Below, in pieces: positions 37,021 to 50,900 of a stretch of DNA of 64,000 nt. The notes under the pieces were generated by a model. It saw only the letters and a program-made list of their open reading frames with translations, was not told the DNA's origin and ran no database searches. The first letter of the stretch is position 1. Every line of letters begins with the position of its first letter. The translations under genes were made by a program, and so were the position numbers. The stretch comes from Cycas panzhihuaensis (Eukaryota > Plantae > Cycadophyta): assembly GCA_023213395.1 (NCBI GenBank), contig CM041465.1:117869741-117933740 (forward strand), written 5' to 3'.

Positions 37021-40000
37021 TCATTAAGGGGGAGAATGTTGGGGTTAATGCTCAGCACCCCACTCCCACCTTCCAACCAGGAGTGCACACCTCACTCTCA
37101 TCAATTTACACATGTAAGTGCTCACATGTGTAGGTAAGTATAAGGTAAGGTTGATTTGATTTATGTTAATTTGAGTTAAGTTCATTTAAGTTAAGTTAAG
37201 TTATTATTTTATTGTTATTTAAATTTTAGGGGTTGAGGAGTTTCCCTCCTCCCCCAAACTATATATTTTGAGGGGTGTGCAACCCTAGTGTCTTTAGACA
37301 CTGCCTTCATTTTGGACATTTGTAATACTCTCTCTACAAAAATGGATTGAATACAATGGATCTTGTTTTTGTGTAACAATGATGTATTGATTTATGATTA
37401 TATCTTTTATGTTCTTCCCTATTCTCCATGATTATTTTTCTATCGTTTGGTATCAGAGCTATTTTGGGCCTCCATTATTTTCCTTTAAATATTACCTAAT
37501 ATTTCCCTTTTAATGTCTATCCATATCATATATAATTACTTTAAATATGATGTCAGGTCTATATAAAATCTAATTATCTATTGGAGCACATAGATAACTA
37601 GCTACTATATTCACTAATCCTTTAGAATGGTCTTCCTATACATGGTTGATCAACATTTGCCTACCAAGAAGCCTTTAACTACTTCCATTCTACCTATTTT
37701 TGGCTCTCCTAGTTAAGGTCATACCTCTAAGAGAAAATTTAAGCTGAAAACCCTTAGCTCCATCTATTGCACCATGGAGCAAAGGCATAAAAAATATTAG
37801 TTGAGTAGAAACATGTGACAAAAAACCTTTTTTTTAAGGCAATGGCTCTATTTTAACATCCTATTGAATTAAGGTCTAAACTTCATATCATTAGAACTAT
37901 CCTAAAATATCTTTAAAGCATATAAAATGACCATTCTTGGAAAGACCCATGAATTGTCTTTGAAACACAACTAATGATGCTTAATTTTAATGTTGTATAA
38001 GAGAGATATGGTCATTTTATTGAGCATAGGTCCTTAAAACAAAGAAAAATAAAAGAGTAAAAAATAAAGTTGTAATCCATTTGCATCATGGCTCAATTAT
38101 TAATATAACCTCCTAAGGGGATAATGGACTTTAAGAAACATTATAAAATAATTAAATGATATTTTATAAAGTTTATAATCTTTATAATATTAAAAAATAA
38201 AAGAACATTTTATCATTTCATCATTTTGACCTATGCATGACCCATGAGGGTATGTTTAATTCCCACTCATTATTTCTTAATGGATTTCAATCTAAGGACA
38301 CATTTCTAAGGTAAATCTAATACTTTAAATGTAATAATAGCCTTACATTCTCCTGAAACACACTCATAGAGAAGAAAATAATAGTAAAAAGTGTCCAAAT
38401 TCTTTAATAAATTCTGAATAGGTATTTAATCTATTTAATGAGTTTCCCAACCTTTGAATTTATTAGAACAACTACCCAACAATACCAACTCACCTCTAAA
38501 TGCCACTATCTCACTTATTTATCATTTACAATCACCAATAAAGCTAAAATTAAATGAAATATAGGGGGGAATAGCTAAATTATTCATCAAAACTCTACAA
38601 ACCCTTAATATTTTATTGGCATATAATTATGGCTCTCACAACAACTTGTAAATTTCTTTCTTCCTCTCAGATTTTCCTTCTAATATATTGTATCTCAAAA
38701 AACAAAGTAGATCTTTCTATCACAGTAATTTTTCCATCAAATGACAATCATTCAATCTTTAACTTGTTGATGGTGTGGCACCCAACAAACCCAATGAACC
38801 CACTCTTATCATTGCACTCTCACATTACCTATAGAATTACTTCATAAAGTATGGGTTCTCTCAATCAATAATCTCTACATCAAAGCCCTAACATACTATT
38901 CACATAAGCTAATAAACCATATGTTACTCCAAGCCATGCTATAATACCTTAATTTATTCTATCCAATATAATAGTAAGTAAAATTGTGGCCTTCTTACCA
39001 TATCGCTGGCTTCATAGGGTGACCAAGCATATATTTGAAGCCTTTATCTTGGGCTCACATTTAACACCTATATATATACTAGTAAAACATGGAAATAACC
39101 AATCCAAAAATAAATTATACATATAGAAAACCTTCTTGGGATTTGAGGTAACTATAACATCTATACTTTGAAAGGATTTTCATGTATAGGCACCAACATG
39201 ATTTAGGCTCATGACACCAACATGCTCTAAGCGACCTAATAAACACAGTTCAAAACTATCCACAACCTATAATAGAACTTTATTAATAAATAGACAGACT
39301 ACTACTTTTATTATTCACAAACATGCATATTTAAAATAAGTTCTAAATAAACCCTTAATAGGCAGATACACTCATAGTCTTGTAGTCTAATGAGGGGCAA
39401 AACAAGTTTAAACTAGGGATGTAATTCCACTTTCTAGAAATAAATGCCTAATATAGTTCCAAGATCATATAAAACTATGAAACATAAAGACATGTAGATG
39501 AACAAATAAGAAATAATATGCATAAATATATAAAAAAAGCTACTTGTGAGCAATGACCACTTCCAATTATATTATGATAAACTAATATATATTTATAGTA
39601 TATACCATCACTTAGTTATGTTATTATAATCTAGGAGCCACTTAATTAACTAATGATTGATTATATGATGAATTGTATATGATATGACCCCCTAATATAC
39701 ATCAAAGGGGTAACTATAATAATTTAATATTCCCATGGGTTAACATTACCTAATATTATGGACAAAAAGGGATTTCAAGACGAAAGATATAGGGAAGAAG
39801 GGGTATAATGAAATAAGATTAACAACACAAAATAAGATTTATCAAATTAGTGAGTAGATAGACAAAATGGGACTTTAAGAACTGGAAAATAAAGTTGAGA
39901 AGAGGGGAGGAGGGTATCTATAACCTATCAATCCCTAAAAATGTGTAATAATTTTAACTAATATACTTAAATGAGTATGAAAATCTTGATAAAATAAGAT

Positions 40001-41034
40001 AGATGAGTTTTAAGTGATAAAAGAGGGTCATGGGGCCCATGGAAGTACTTGTATATCATTTTTCTTAAAAAAGTAGGTTAAATCTAACTTAGTAAAAAAT
40101 GAGACGAGTTCATCAAAATAAGATGTATGATGAATAAAGATAAAAGTGAACCCATGGGCTCTTTTCTCTAATTTTGAGAGACTCTTGGAGCATGTCTTAT
40201 CTACAACAGATTAATATTTACAAAAATGGCCTTACTACGATAAAATTATCCAGCTTTTTTCCCCTTATTTTTATAGTGAAGACTTTTGGACTTGTAGTTA
40301 AATATTTGTATAGGAAGAAGTTTGAAAATAGTTTGAATAATTTATTATGGTTGTTGTTATGGTGATTTAGAATGCTTACTATAATAACTTTATACTTTCT
40401 TTATAATTTAATAATGGTATTTGATGCATAGTGTGACGATACATAATAGTATTTAGGCAACCAATCTTAAGTAGATTTTAGACACATATTTTACCTAGTT
40501 ATTAATCCCTTTAATAAACTTCTAAATTGGTATTAATCATATGGCCTAATTTCTTAGGGCACTAGCTTTGAAGGTTCATCTTACTTACAATTGTATTAGT
40601 CATGTTGAGGTTGTTAGGAAGGGTAGCTTTCTAATACTAACCACTGACTAGTGTACTATAGGTTTTTAGTGTTTGACATATTTCCTACTCTAGGATAGGA
40701 AAGTAAGCTTAATGGGGCCCTCTTATATACTCAAAGCTACATGGAGATTTATTTTCATATGTAGGTATTGTATAAGGCCTGCATAAGTAGGTACCTTACT
40801 TCACTTTGCATATTAGCATATACCCAAGTATGCTTGGTCAAGAACGATAACTGGCCATGGATTATTAAAAACCCTTAGATTAAGGTCTTTAACTAAACTA
40901 TTTAAAGAAACTATTATAATAAGGGGTTTATTGATTTTTTTAATCTCTATAAATTATAGAAGGAAGGACAATGTAGAGAGAGTACTCAAATAGAAAAATA
41001 GAACATAAGGAAAATAAATGAAGGAGAGGGTTTT

Positions 41035-41038
<4 letters not shown>

Positions 41039-41078
<40 letters not shown>
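41039..41078. repeat. (TA)n microsatellite
   Basis: Direct reading. Confidence 0.95.
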
Positions 41079-41083
<5 letters not shown>

Positions 41084-41999
41084 TAGCTCTTCTTACTATT
41101 TTTCTTCTTCAAAATCATGCTTTTGGCTTTGAATGGTCTTATGAACTAGGCTCTGATACCACTTGAGATATGTTTGTCCTAATATTCTTCCATATACTCA
41201 ATTCTCTTTAAGCTCAAAAAGGCATAATAATAAGACTTAAGTAGTAAATCAAACACAACACCTTTTATGAGTAGATGGATACTAATTACAAAAAATATGG
41301 ATATACCAAGGTACCAAAGATCAATAAAGTTGTACTGAAATATAATCTCATAAAACTTTAATGCATAGTAATGCTCTTCTTGTAATCAACAACCCTTTAA
41401 TAGATAGTGTTTCCTAGATTTTGGGAAGTCTATACTCATCTCACACCAATAGGTAAGTGAAAGTATGTACTTCTTGTCTTTTATTTTAATTTTAGGTTAG
41501 TTTAGTTCTTATATAAGTATGTACTAGTATTTGTGTATTATTTTGGTGAATAGATGTGTGGGTTATCAGTATATGACAATTATTTCTATGGTTAGTGGCT
41601 TTAAAAGGTTGTCCATTAAGCTAATTTGAACTACAAAAGGCTTTCTAACACCTTTGAAGACACTTCTCACCCTTTTTTCACCACCATTTATAGTGATTCC
41701 ATGCTTGTCTTACTTTCTTGGGTATTTTTACTATTGAAACTATTAATTTTACATGCATTTTCCTTTGTCTTATTGTGATAAATGCATGTCTAGCCTTGAT
41801 TTTGAATTATTTTGTGTTAAAAACTATTTATCCTATACTCTATTCTATTGTAGAGAAACTTTGCAATACCATTGAGTTCATCATAGTACCATGGAAAACA
41901 TTTTTTGTGGTGCTATTAAAAACTTTATATAAAAGTATACAATAAAAATAAGAAAGTATATATTTTAATATGTAATAAATGCACCTAGCTATATTTTTG

Positions 42000-44900
42000 G
42001 CTTATGTTAGGTTAAAAATCTCGTGGGGATCTATTTTATTCTTCTTCCCAAGTCTTGGATTTAATGCTTTACTTATTTTTTATTATTTTTTAAATCCATG
42101 GGTATTTTCCCCATGGTTTTGGCCCATAGTTTGGATCTTAAACCATGGGCCCAATACTACTAAACCAATAACACTCAATGTCTATAAATACCTGCAATTT
42201 TTCCATAGGAAGGAAAGGTAAAAAATTATAGTGTTACACTATTGGAATGCTGCTAATGTTTTTGTAGTTTACATTACTCTTTCACTTATTTATTGCCTTC
42301 CTTTTTTGAGTGGAAATTAGAAATGAATTAGAGTGTGAAGAGGTTTGGATTAGAGCATATACCAAGAGCATCCCCTATCGACCAAGAACTAGGGTAGAAG
42401 CACCGCACAATCTATATTTCATTCCATTCTAATTGGTGTTTGGTTTATAGTTTGTCAAAATCTTCTAGTTTTTATTTGAATGTTTGTTTCTTTGTCATTT
42501 CACTTTGCATGTTTCATTTATCCATAGGAAAATATCTTACAAAGGGAGAGAGAGCAAAGTATCAATATCTAAGATCTGATTTGGTGATAACCACGCCAAC
42601 TTTGAGTCTCCATTTACTACTAGTTATTAGTTTCACATGTTATTTCCATTTCAAATTGTAGTTTCTTTAAATCATTTTATTTTGCCATATTTATTACTCA
42701 TACTAATTTGGCAAGTGGAGTATATTAACTTATTATCATACAAGTTGAAATTTTTTTGGAGCTAGTTAGAGATCCCCTTCTCTTTGTTATTCTTCCCATT
42801 AAAAGATAGTGCCTATTGCATAACTAGAGTGTTGCCCAAACTCCATTATTATATTCAAAAAGATATAAGCTTTAAAAGTTGGTTTTTAACCTATTTTAAT
42901 ACATTTTGGTTTATAATCATGTTTTTTTCTATCATAACTCAATCTAGTAAGTAGAAATGCTACTAGATATTTCTTAAAAATTCATGAATTATTGCATGTG
43001 ACTAACCTTGTTTTGAGTTATCTAGAGACATAAATGGCATGAGGCTTTGCATTCCTAAGAGGTTGAGTAAATCCCAAGACTTCCTCTCAAAACCATCACC
43101 TCATAAATTTTATTTAAAAAAAAAAAGGCTTTAAATCATATATTTTAATTTCATTTATATTTGGAAAAAAAAAAGATAAAAAGAGGAATTTGCTTACTTG
43201 TTTATTAGACTTACTTCTCCTCACCTCTTACATATAAGTTAGTTTAACTTTTAAACGAAAAAGAGCACTAAAAATCAAGTAAAAAAGTGAGAGAATATTG
43301 CATTTCATTATATATTATTATATATTAATTTTTTATTTATTTCATTTAAAAAAGGGCCATAATGGAGTAGAGATTCATAATTTTTATGAGTTCTTAAATT
43401 TGTGAGGCTGAAAAGCATCTCCTAGGTTAGATTTTATTATCCTTTTTGTTTCAAGCTAAAAATATATAGTTATATTATTAGATTTGCGTTTTGCTTCTTT
43501 AGTCTCTATTTAGGGATATGGTCTTCTTTATTCCAAAGAGTGGGGTCCATTTTCTCTTTACTTAGATTTCATCATTGGATGAGAGTACTGGGCTTATGGC
43601 TTTAAGTATTCATCTTCCTATTCATGTTCTAAATAATCGATAAAGGATTTCTATCTATATTATGTATTATTAAATGGGGTGTTGATAATCAAATGAGCTT
43701 TAGTATTCCTACTAAGAGCAATAACCTCTTCTATTTCTCCTCGTAGACCAGGAATCTCATTGGAGTTAGATGTGAGTATTATTAGGCTACCTGATAGTTG
43801 TGTAAAATGAGGCATTGGTATTGATGAGTTTCCACTAATTTATCCATAAGTAGATAGATCTATACTATGGTCTTAACTTCTTTAGACCTTTTACCTTGGT
43901 CAATCCTTTCCCTTATTCTTCTAAATTGAGTCTAGCATATAGGAATATTTATGAGTTAGGTTAGTATAGATCAATCTATCTTTTGAGGGTTTAGTTTTAT
44001 TAAGTTTAAGCATAGAGAAGCGATTAATTTTTTGGGCACATATGCCCCAACAATACCCTTATACTTTGAGGTCTATTTCAATGCTATTTAGTCCTTCTAA
44101 AATACTTACTAGATATATAGATTGATATCATCCTAAATTTATTAGCTAATTACTAATTTTCTTTTTTATTATTTTTATGCATTATTTTCTCATTTACCTA
44201 CTTGCATCATTGTTTGATTATATATATTTTTTCATGTTTTCTTTTTGTTCAGAAATACAAATATGTAAATAGGATGCATAGTCATTTATGGACATAATAG
44301 ATTCAAACCAAACATGCACATGGGATAGATAGATTTGACGTGGGAACCCATTCAGAAAAGACCCCACTACAGAAATAATTTAATTACATTTTTACAAATT
44401 TATTGTGTTACATTACAATGGACTTTGATTTATATTTATAAATCATAAGTGCCTCAAATATTTAATATTCAGATTACTTCTATCAGCTCATATATATCAC
44501 ATATTTATATCAATTAATATTTATACAATATTACACCACTTTACATTAGTTAGTAAATGGTTGTTAATACTACTCTAACATCCCCTCTTAATGTAAATAT
44601 GGGGTGTTGAAGTCTTCCTAGGGATTTGTCTATCTTTATCCTAGTTGATTAATCCCCCCTCAAGGATAACCTCACTGAATCTCTAATTTGCACAAATATT
44701 GATATAGCAATCTTCAGTAAGAGCTTGGTGAACACATCCACAAGTTGATCTTCACATGGGAAAAGCTCAACCTACATCTTCCTTGATCTAATCTACTCTT
44801 AGATGTAATAGTTCTATGCCTCGTATGTGCATGATTATTTGGAAATATCTCCAATAGTCTATGTAACCATACAACTCCATTTACATCGATACTTAGTCTA

Positions 44901-47900
44901 TAATACTCAACCATTTTCCTTGACTAAACCAAGAGGTTGAGCCACTTGAGCCATGTAGATCTCCTCTTCAACTCTTTATTAAGGAATACTAACCTCTTAT
45001 TCATTTGATATGACTCCAAACTATATGTAGCTATTAATGTAAGGAATAATTAGACTAAAAAAAACATAGAGACTAGTGTAAATATCTCCTCATACTTGAT
45101 TCTTTTTTCTATAATGAAATCCTATACAACAAGCTTTTCCAACTTACAAACCAACTGGGTTCTTGAGAGTGGTAAGGGACCCAAATCCCACATGTCACTC
45201 CTCTAATATAGCTCTCCAATGCAAATCTCCATTCATTGGAAAGTTGGTGTATATCACAAGTTTGACTGGCATGTTGATCCTTATTCTTTAATCATCTTTT
45301 AGGTCTTCAACCATTACACTAAAGTCCTCAATGGTCTTCCTAGCTCACAATAGAACACGAGATTGCAATCCATGCTTCTTCATATAATGGATCCTCATCA
45401 TCACTCCTACTAGGTCCTATTTCCATTTCAAATATAATTTTAGGTAAATAAACCTCTACACCTACTAAACCATGGCTTAGTAGAAAGGAAGAAATGAAGG
45501 ATAAAACTTATATCTAGATGACACCTTAGCATGATACATCAATAACTTATCAATTGACATTTAAACTAATCATAATACTTTCCCCTATAAATCACATTAT
45601 TTGTAAGCTTTATTTCAAACCTTATATAAATACACTCCAAACTCTTACAATCTTATTGTTGTAATCTGCGTTTAAGATGTCTTCACTCCAATGCACCTCA
45701 AATAACTAATGGAAGGATTCTAACCAATCCAATATATAATGGGGGATATTTCATAAACATACCTATTAAATAACTTTTACAATATCTTCTACCAAAGAAT
45801 ATGGGAGGTAAACTCTTACAATATACTAATGACCTCCACATCTACATCATGGTACCATTCTTCATCTACAACACAATCTAATGAGGGGTACACAGGACAA
45901 CTAACTCTTGTTTTATACCATGAAAAAGATAGAACTAATTTTAAGGCATTTGTTGTATACCACTTCATTCATACTTTAATTTCATCATAAACACACTAAC
46001 ATATCTACATCAAACTTGTTCAGATATGCACACTTATTAAACCAACATCTGATAGGTATAAACCTCATACTAACATCAATTCAACCACCCAAAGTATAAC
46101 GGTCCACCTCAAATTAATAACTACTTATATAAACATGCCATAATATTACAATTTTGAACCACATCACCTCATATATCTAATGTAAAAACACTAATATAAC
46201 TTAACAAAAACACCATTATATAATAAATAAACCACACCTTGTAATAATATGTGCAATGATACATACCACACAATAATGTTTGCTTCACGCTGTAGCTTGG
46301 TATCTCCATAAATCTTGTCCCTTCTAAAAATCAATGAACATACATTGATGTTGATAGATCACCCTTTAATCACCTTGCCCTCTTATCAATAAGTGATAAT
46401 TCATTACCTTAATAACTATCACCCATTAAACTCTCTCATGTAATCACATGCAAGAGAAAATATCATCACCTTATGTCACCAAACAATCACAAACAAAGTA
46501 TTTAAAGACACTTACTTTACCATCAAATCATCTCCTCACCATCATATCATGGCCTTATGCACACCTCATATATCATCGCCTCATGCATGCCATTAAATCA
46601 AAGTAAAAGCCATATGATATACTTTTTCCATATCAAATATTTAAAGAGTTTATATATACTCACCCACTTAGAATAAAAATATGCCTTATCACCACAAAAA
46701 TAAAGAGCTTCATAACTTTATAACAAAGGGCCTTCACGATATATATATATATATTAAATATAAAAACCTTTAAAAAATATTGATCAAATATGACGTGCTT
46801 CAACCTTTGAAAAATGATCAAATATTTGATATTATATCAAATATCAAATATAATTCAATAGCGTCTTCATAAAAAAGGTGATTGAAATCAATCAAATACA
46901 CCTCTATATAAAATGGTGATACTAATATATCAAATAGTGAAATCATTGGTGATTGAATAAATTGATAAAATAATATATTAATGACATAATCAAACTTTAT
47001 TAAAGGATGAAAAATATATGGGAAACCTACATATATCTTTTCATGGTGAAAAAAATTATCTATGGGTGACTTCATATAATATCAACAGGCATCTTTGATT
47101 TGATTAAATATATCAAATGTAGGTGATGTAAAATCATTATGTAATAACTAACAATAAAGATTAATAAGTGGGTAACATTTACCAAAGTATTCAAACAAGT
47201 GATGAGATTATATCGTTGGTGTAGGTGACTTGATAAATTTATCACATAGGCAAGAAACCTACATATATTTATCATTTAGTAAAATAATATATATCACGTA
47301 GGCTATTAAAAAATTAGAGAATACCTTGTATTTTACTACATCAGCTTTGCACATTTCTCTCTCATGGATTACAATCTTCATGCAGTGTGATCTACATTCT
47401 CCAAACTCTGCAGCTACATGAAATGCAACCTCCTCCAATGACTTCACTAAGCATCCCTCCACATAGTATGATCTGCATCCACTCTAAGGTTGAGAGTATG
47501 ACAATGGCATCTCAATTTACGATAACATCAGTGGTAATTTAAGATCAAACTCCTCTTTCCAGTATTCCTATAATCCCTTAATGTTAATCTATATAGGGTT
47601 AATTTCACTACTTCATCCTCAGGATCTATAAATATCTATGTCTCTTTGTATTTCAACCTTGAAAATGTACATATGCGCATATACCTACATCTCTCCTAGG
47701 TAGTAAAGATGGAAATGCAAATCATTTAGTAGTGAACTCAATGGAAACATAGGATAAACAAACTTGTCACCTTTAATAGGTTCAAAAGAAGTATCAATGA
47801 CTAGAAAATGAGTAACCAGGGCTTGCATATTAAAAAATAGAGGACACCATCATTTGCATAAATCAAAATAACTTCTACTCATCCACACACCTCTGTAGAC

Positions 47901-50900
47901 CATTGAAACCCTACAAAACAAATAACAAAAGGCTCCAAGATTTGCACATGATCATTGCACCTTCATGGATATTCTTTTGGTTATTGGATAACCTGATCCT
48001 CAAAGGGTAAGCTAACATGACTTGGTAACCAATGATTAAATGATCCACCTAACATATGCCTGATTGTACACTTCATTGCTCTGATACCATGCTAAGAAAC
48101 ACAAATATGCAAATATGATATAGAATCATTTATAAATATAATAGGCTCGAATAGAACATGCACATAGGACAGATAAATTTGATATGTGAACCTATTTAGA
48201 AAAAAAATCCACCACATAAATAATATAATTACACTTTTATAAATATATAGTATTATATTACAATGAACTTTGATTTATATTTATAGATCATAAGTTCCTC
48301 AAATCTTTAATATTTAGATTACATCTATCAACTCACATATATCACATATTTACATCAATTAATATCCATACAATATTATACCACTTTACATTAGTTAATA
48401 AGTGGTTATTAATACCACTCTAATACCTTTTACTTAATCCACTTTTCACCCTTTAGGTATGTTCCATATATTTACATGTTGTTCCTTCTAGCTTAGGAAA
48501 CAAATATTTTTTATCTACAAACTTGCATCTATATGACACACAGGTGCCCTAAAAGAGGCTTTTGTTTATACTCTTCTTGCTTTAGATTTCTTTCACCCTT
48601 TAGATCTATTTTCAAGTCATGTTATTTGTCCTCCCCTACCATGACTTGTGTTTTAGTAATGACCACATTTGGGACTTTCTGGTAGGGTTTAGCATATTAT
48701 TCTACTTCCCTCTTCATTTTATTTGAGCCTCTTCCTTTAGGATGTGACTTTTAAGGTTTGTGGTCTACTTACATGAATATTATTTAGCTTATTTACCTAC
48801 TCTAGATTTGTAGTTCATTCATCTTTAAGATCTATCTTTACTTTTTGGTTTACCTCTTGTATATGATGATTGTCTCATCACCTCAGGGGTTTACCTTCTT
48901 TAGATCCACATTCTATAGTCTCATCACCTATTGAGCAATGTTAAGTGGAAAATCACTATACACTTGAGTGGTCTATGAACTCTTATCAAGTTTAATATTC
49001 TTATTAACTTAAGGATTTGTATTAAACTCAAGATCCATATCATGCCTATGCCCAAGTTTTAACCTAGGGGGTTGATTTATTTGAATAACTAATACTCTTC
49101 CAAGGTGAAGAAGATGTTATTTATCCTTATGCATTAGACCCAGTATACCAAAACCTAATAAGACCCCATTCATACTTCATCATGGTTGCTCAAACTTATG
49201 ACCCTTCAATTGATCCTAGGTCTTCATCCTAATCCTTTTTAGTTGATCAAACTCACTTAGGGGAGGAAGTCTCTGACTTGTCCCAAACCCCGAAGAGCTT
49301 GTTGAATACCATGGTAGCCCTTAGTGCTCACTATGAATAAACAACTTTAGATATAACTCTTACTTGGGCCCATCACTTATTTAAAATAAGCATTAGCCTA
49401 ACCCAACTTATTCTCCCATCCCAACTATAAGTAATCCCTCAATAGGAAGTTATTTAATAACCAACCATTTTATCATCATCTTTGACTATCCAAGCCCCAC
49501 TGATAGCATTATTATTAGTGCCCCCCACTTTTATGATAGGTCCTCTACCCATCTAATTTCCCTCTTAGTCTATTCCACTTATTTCTTAGGCAAGTGGCCT
49601 TCACTCATTCATCCCACAACTAATAGTTGCATGGTCAAACCCCATTCCTTCACCTATTCTACCTCATCCTATATTTCACCCTTTACTCAGACCAACAATT
49701 TCTTAGGGTATGAATTATCCTTCTCCATACCTTGTTCATCCAATTAGACCAACTCTTTAACCTGCCCACTTTACTTATGTTCCACTTGGGTATATGTCTC
49801 TTAGTAGTGGGGGTAAGGTAGGCCTTGACCCTAACCTACCTATGGTGTTAATCCCTTATATCTATATGGAGGAGCTCCTTAATTTATAGGCCCATATGGG
49901 TAAAATCTAATTTCATGCTATTCTCTCACCCCATTTCACCTTACCAAGATACATATATTGTAGGTCTATCCTAGTAGTCTCATCAAGTTATTTGGCCCTA
50001 ATCTACTCTAGCCTATGAAATCCTACCAGGTTGACATGATATGTGATTAATCCCTACACTTATGTAGTGGTTTCCTATTAAGATAGGGGCATCCCTAGCC
50101 TACTCCATATTATTAGACCTACTATAATGGGCTAGCCCCCTATAGTATGATCTAATACTAATACCCATATAGGCCTCAACCTACCTTACTATTTATTGAT
50201 CCATTATCTCAACTTAGGGCATGCCTCTTTATTGACTATCATACTAGCCCTTTCACTTTAGAGGCACTCTAAATAAACCTTCCATCCGACTAATCAAAAG
50301 TACCCAATTAAAGGGCATATCTTCTTAGGATCTAGGGGCCCATATCAAGGTATTCTCTGTGGCATGCATTGATTTTTATCCGTAGGACCATATTTTAATA
50401 AAATTATTTACTAGGTACCTTAAGGGGAATGGCCTAAACTGGTTTTGTCACCTACCTGCTCCTTCATATATTGCTTCTAGTTTTTTATGCATACTCTTGT
50501 AAACTACTTTGACATATTATATCCTTTTAGGAATAGGGTTAAAGCCCTTCTCTCTTTTATGTGAGGCTAGTATGAGTTCAATAAAGACTTTGTTCACAAT
50601 TTTTATGACCTATTATACTCATCTAAGGCCATGTTTCCTAAAGATTTAAAGGTGTATATCTTTATAAATACACTTGGTCCTAAAGTCTACATGAAAGTGC
50701 TCAAAATGGGCATGATTACATGCTATTTTGATATTGCAAAATGTCTATCTTTAGAATCCTTTAAGATTAAAGTAAGCCCCAAGAAGATCAACAAGATCCT
50801 ACCATGGCATAAGGTACCCCCAATACCATAAGATCTAAGGCCCTATCCATAGGCTTAAAGGCCTCTTATTAGAAACCCCAATAGGATAATGGATTCACTT

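Larger units (their letters stand above)
31403..37487 (+). mobile_element. E3: non-autonomous Copia-derived LTR element with cargo and 3' gag remnant
   Basis: LTRs 31403-31838 and 37037-37487. TSD aatat (31398-31402, 37488-37492). PBS 31841-31852, PPT 'aagggggagaa'. Confidence 0.93.
31086..39755 (-). mobile_element. Old non-autonomous LTR element whose left LTR is split by E3
   Basis: Left LTR 31086-31402 plus 37493-37501 aligns with right LTR ~39431-39755. TSD atatg/ttatg (4/5). Reverse PPT-like 'tttccctttt' at 37502. Confidence 0.75.
29900..41435 (-). mobile_element. Highly decayed LTR retrotransposon hosting the 31086-39755 insertion; probable 5' LTR ~41163-41435
   Basis: Reverse PBS 'gctctgatacca' at ~41150-41161 is followed by TG. 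The left boundary and second LTR were not found. Confidence 0.4.

Noticed and set aside
40174-42661. Several hydrophobic short ORFs as membrane or env-like proteins
   Set aside because: They are expected by chance in T-rich decayed repeat sequence and carry no motif support.
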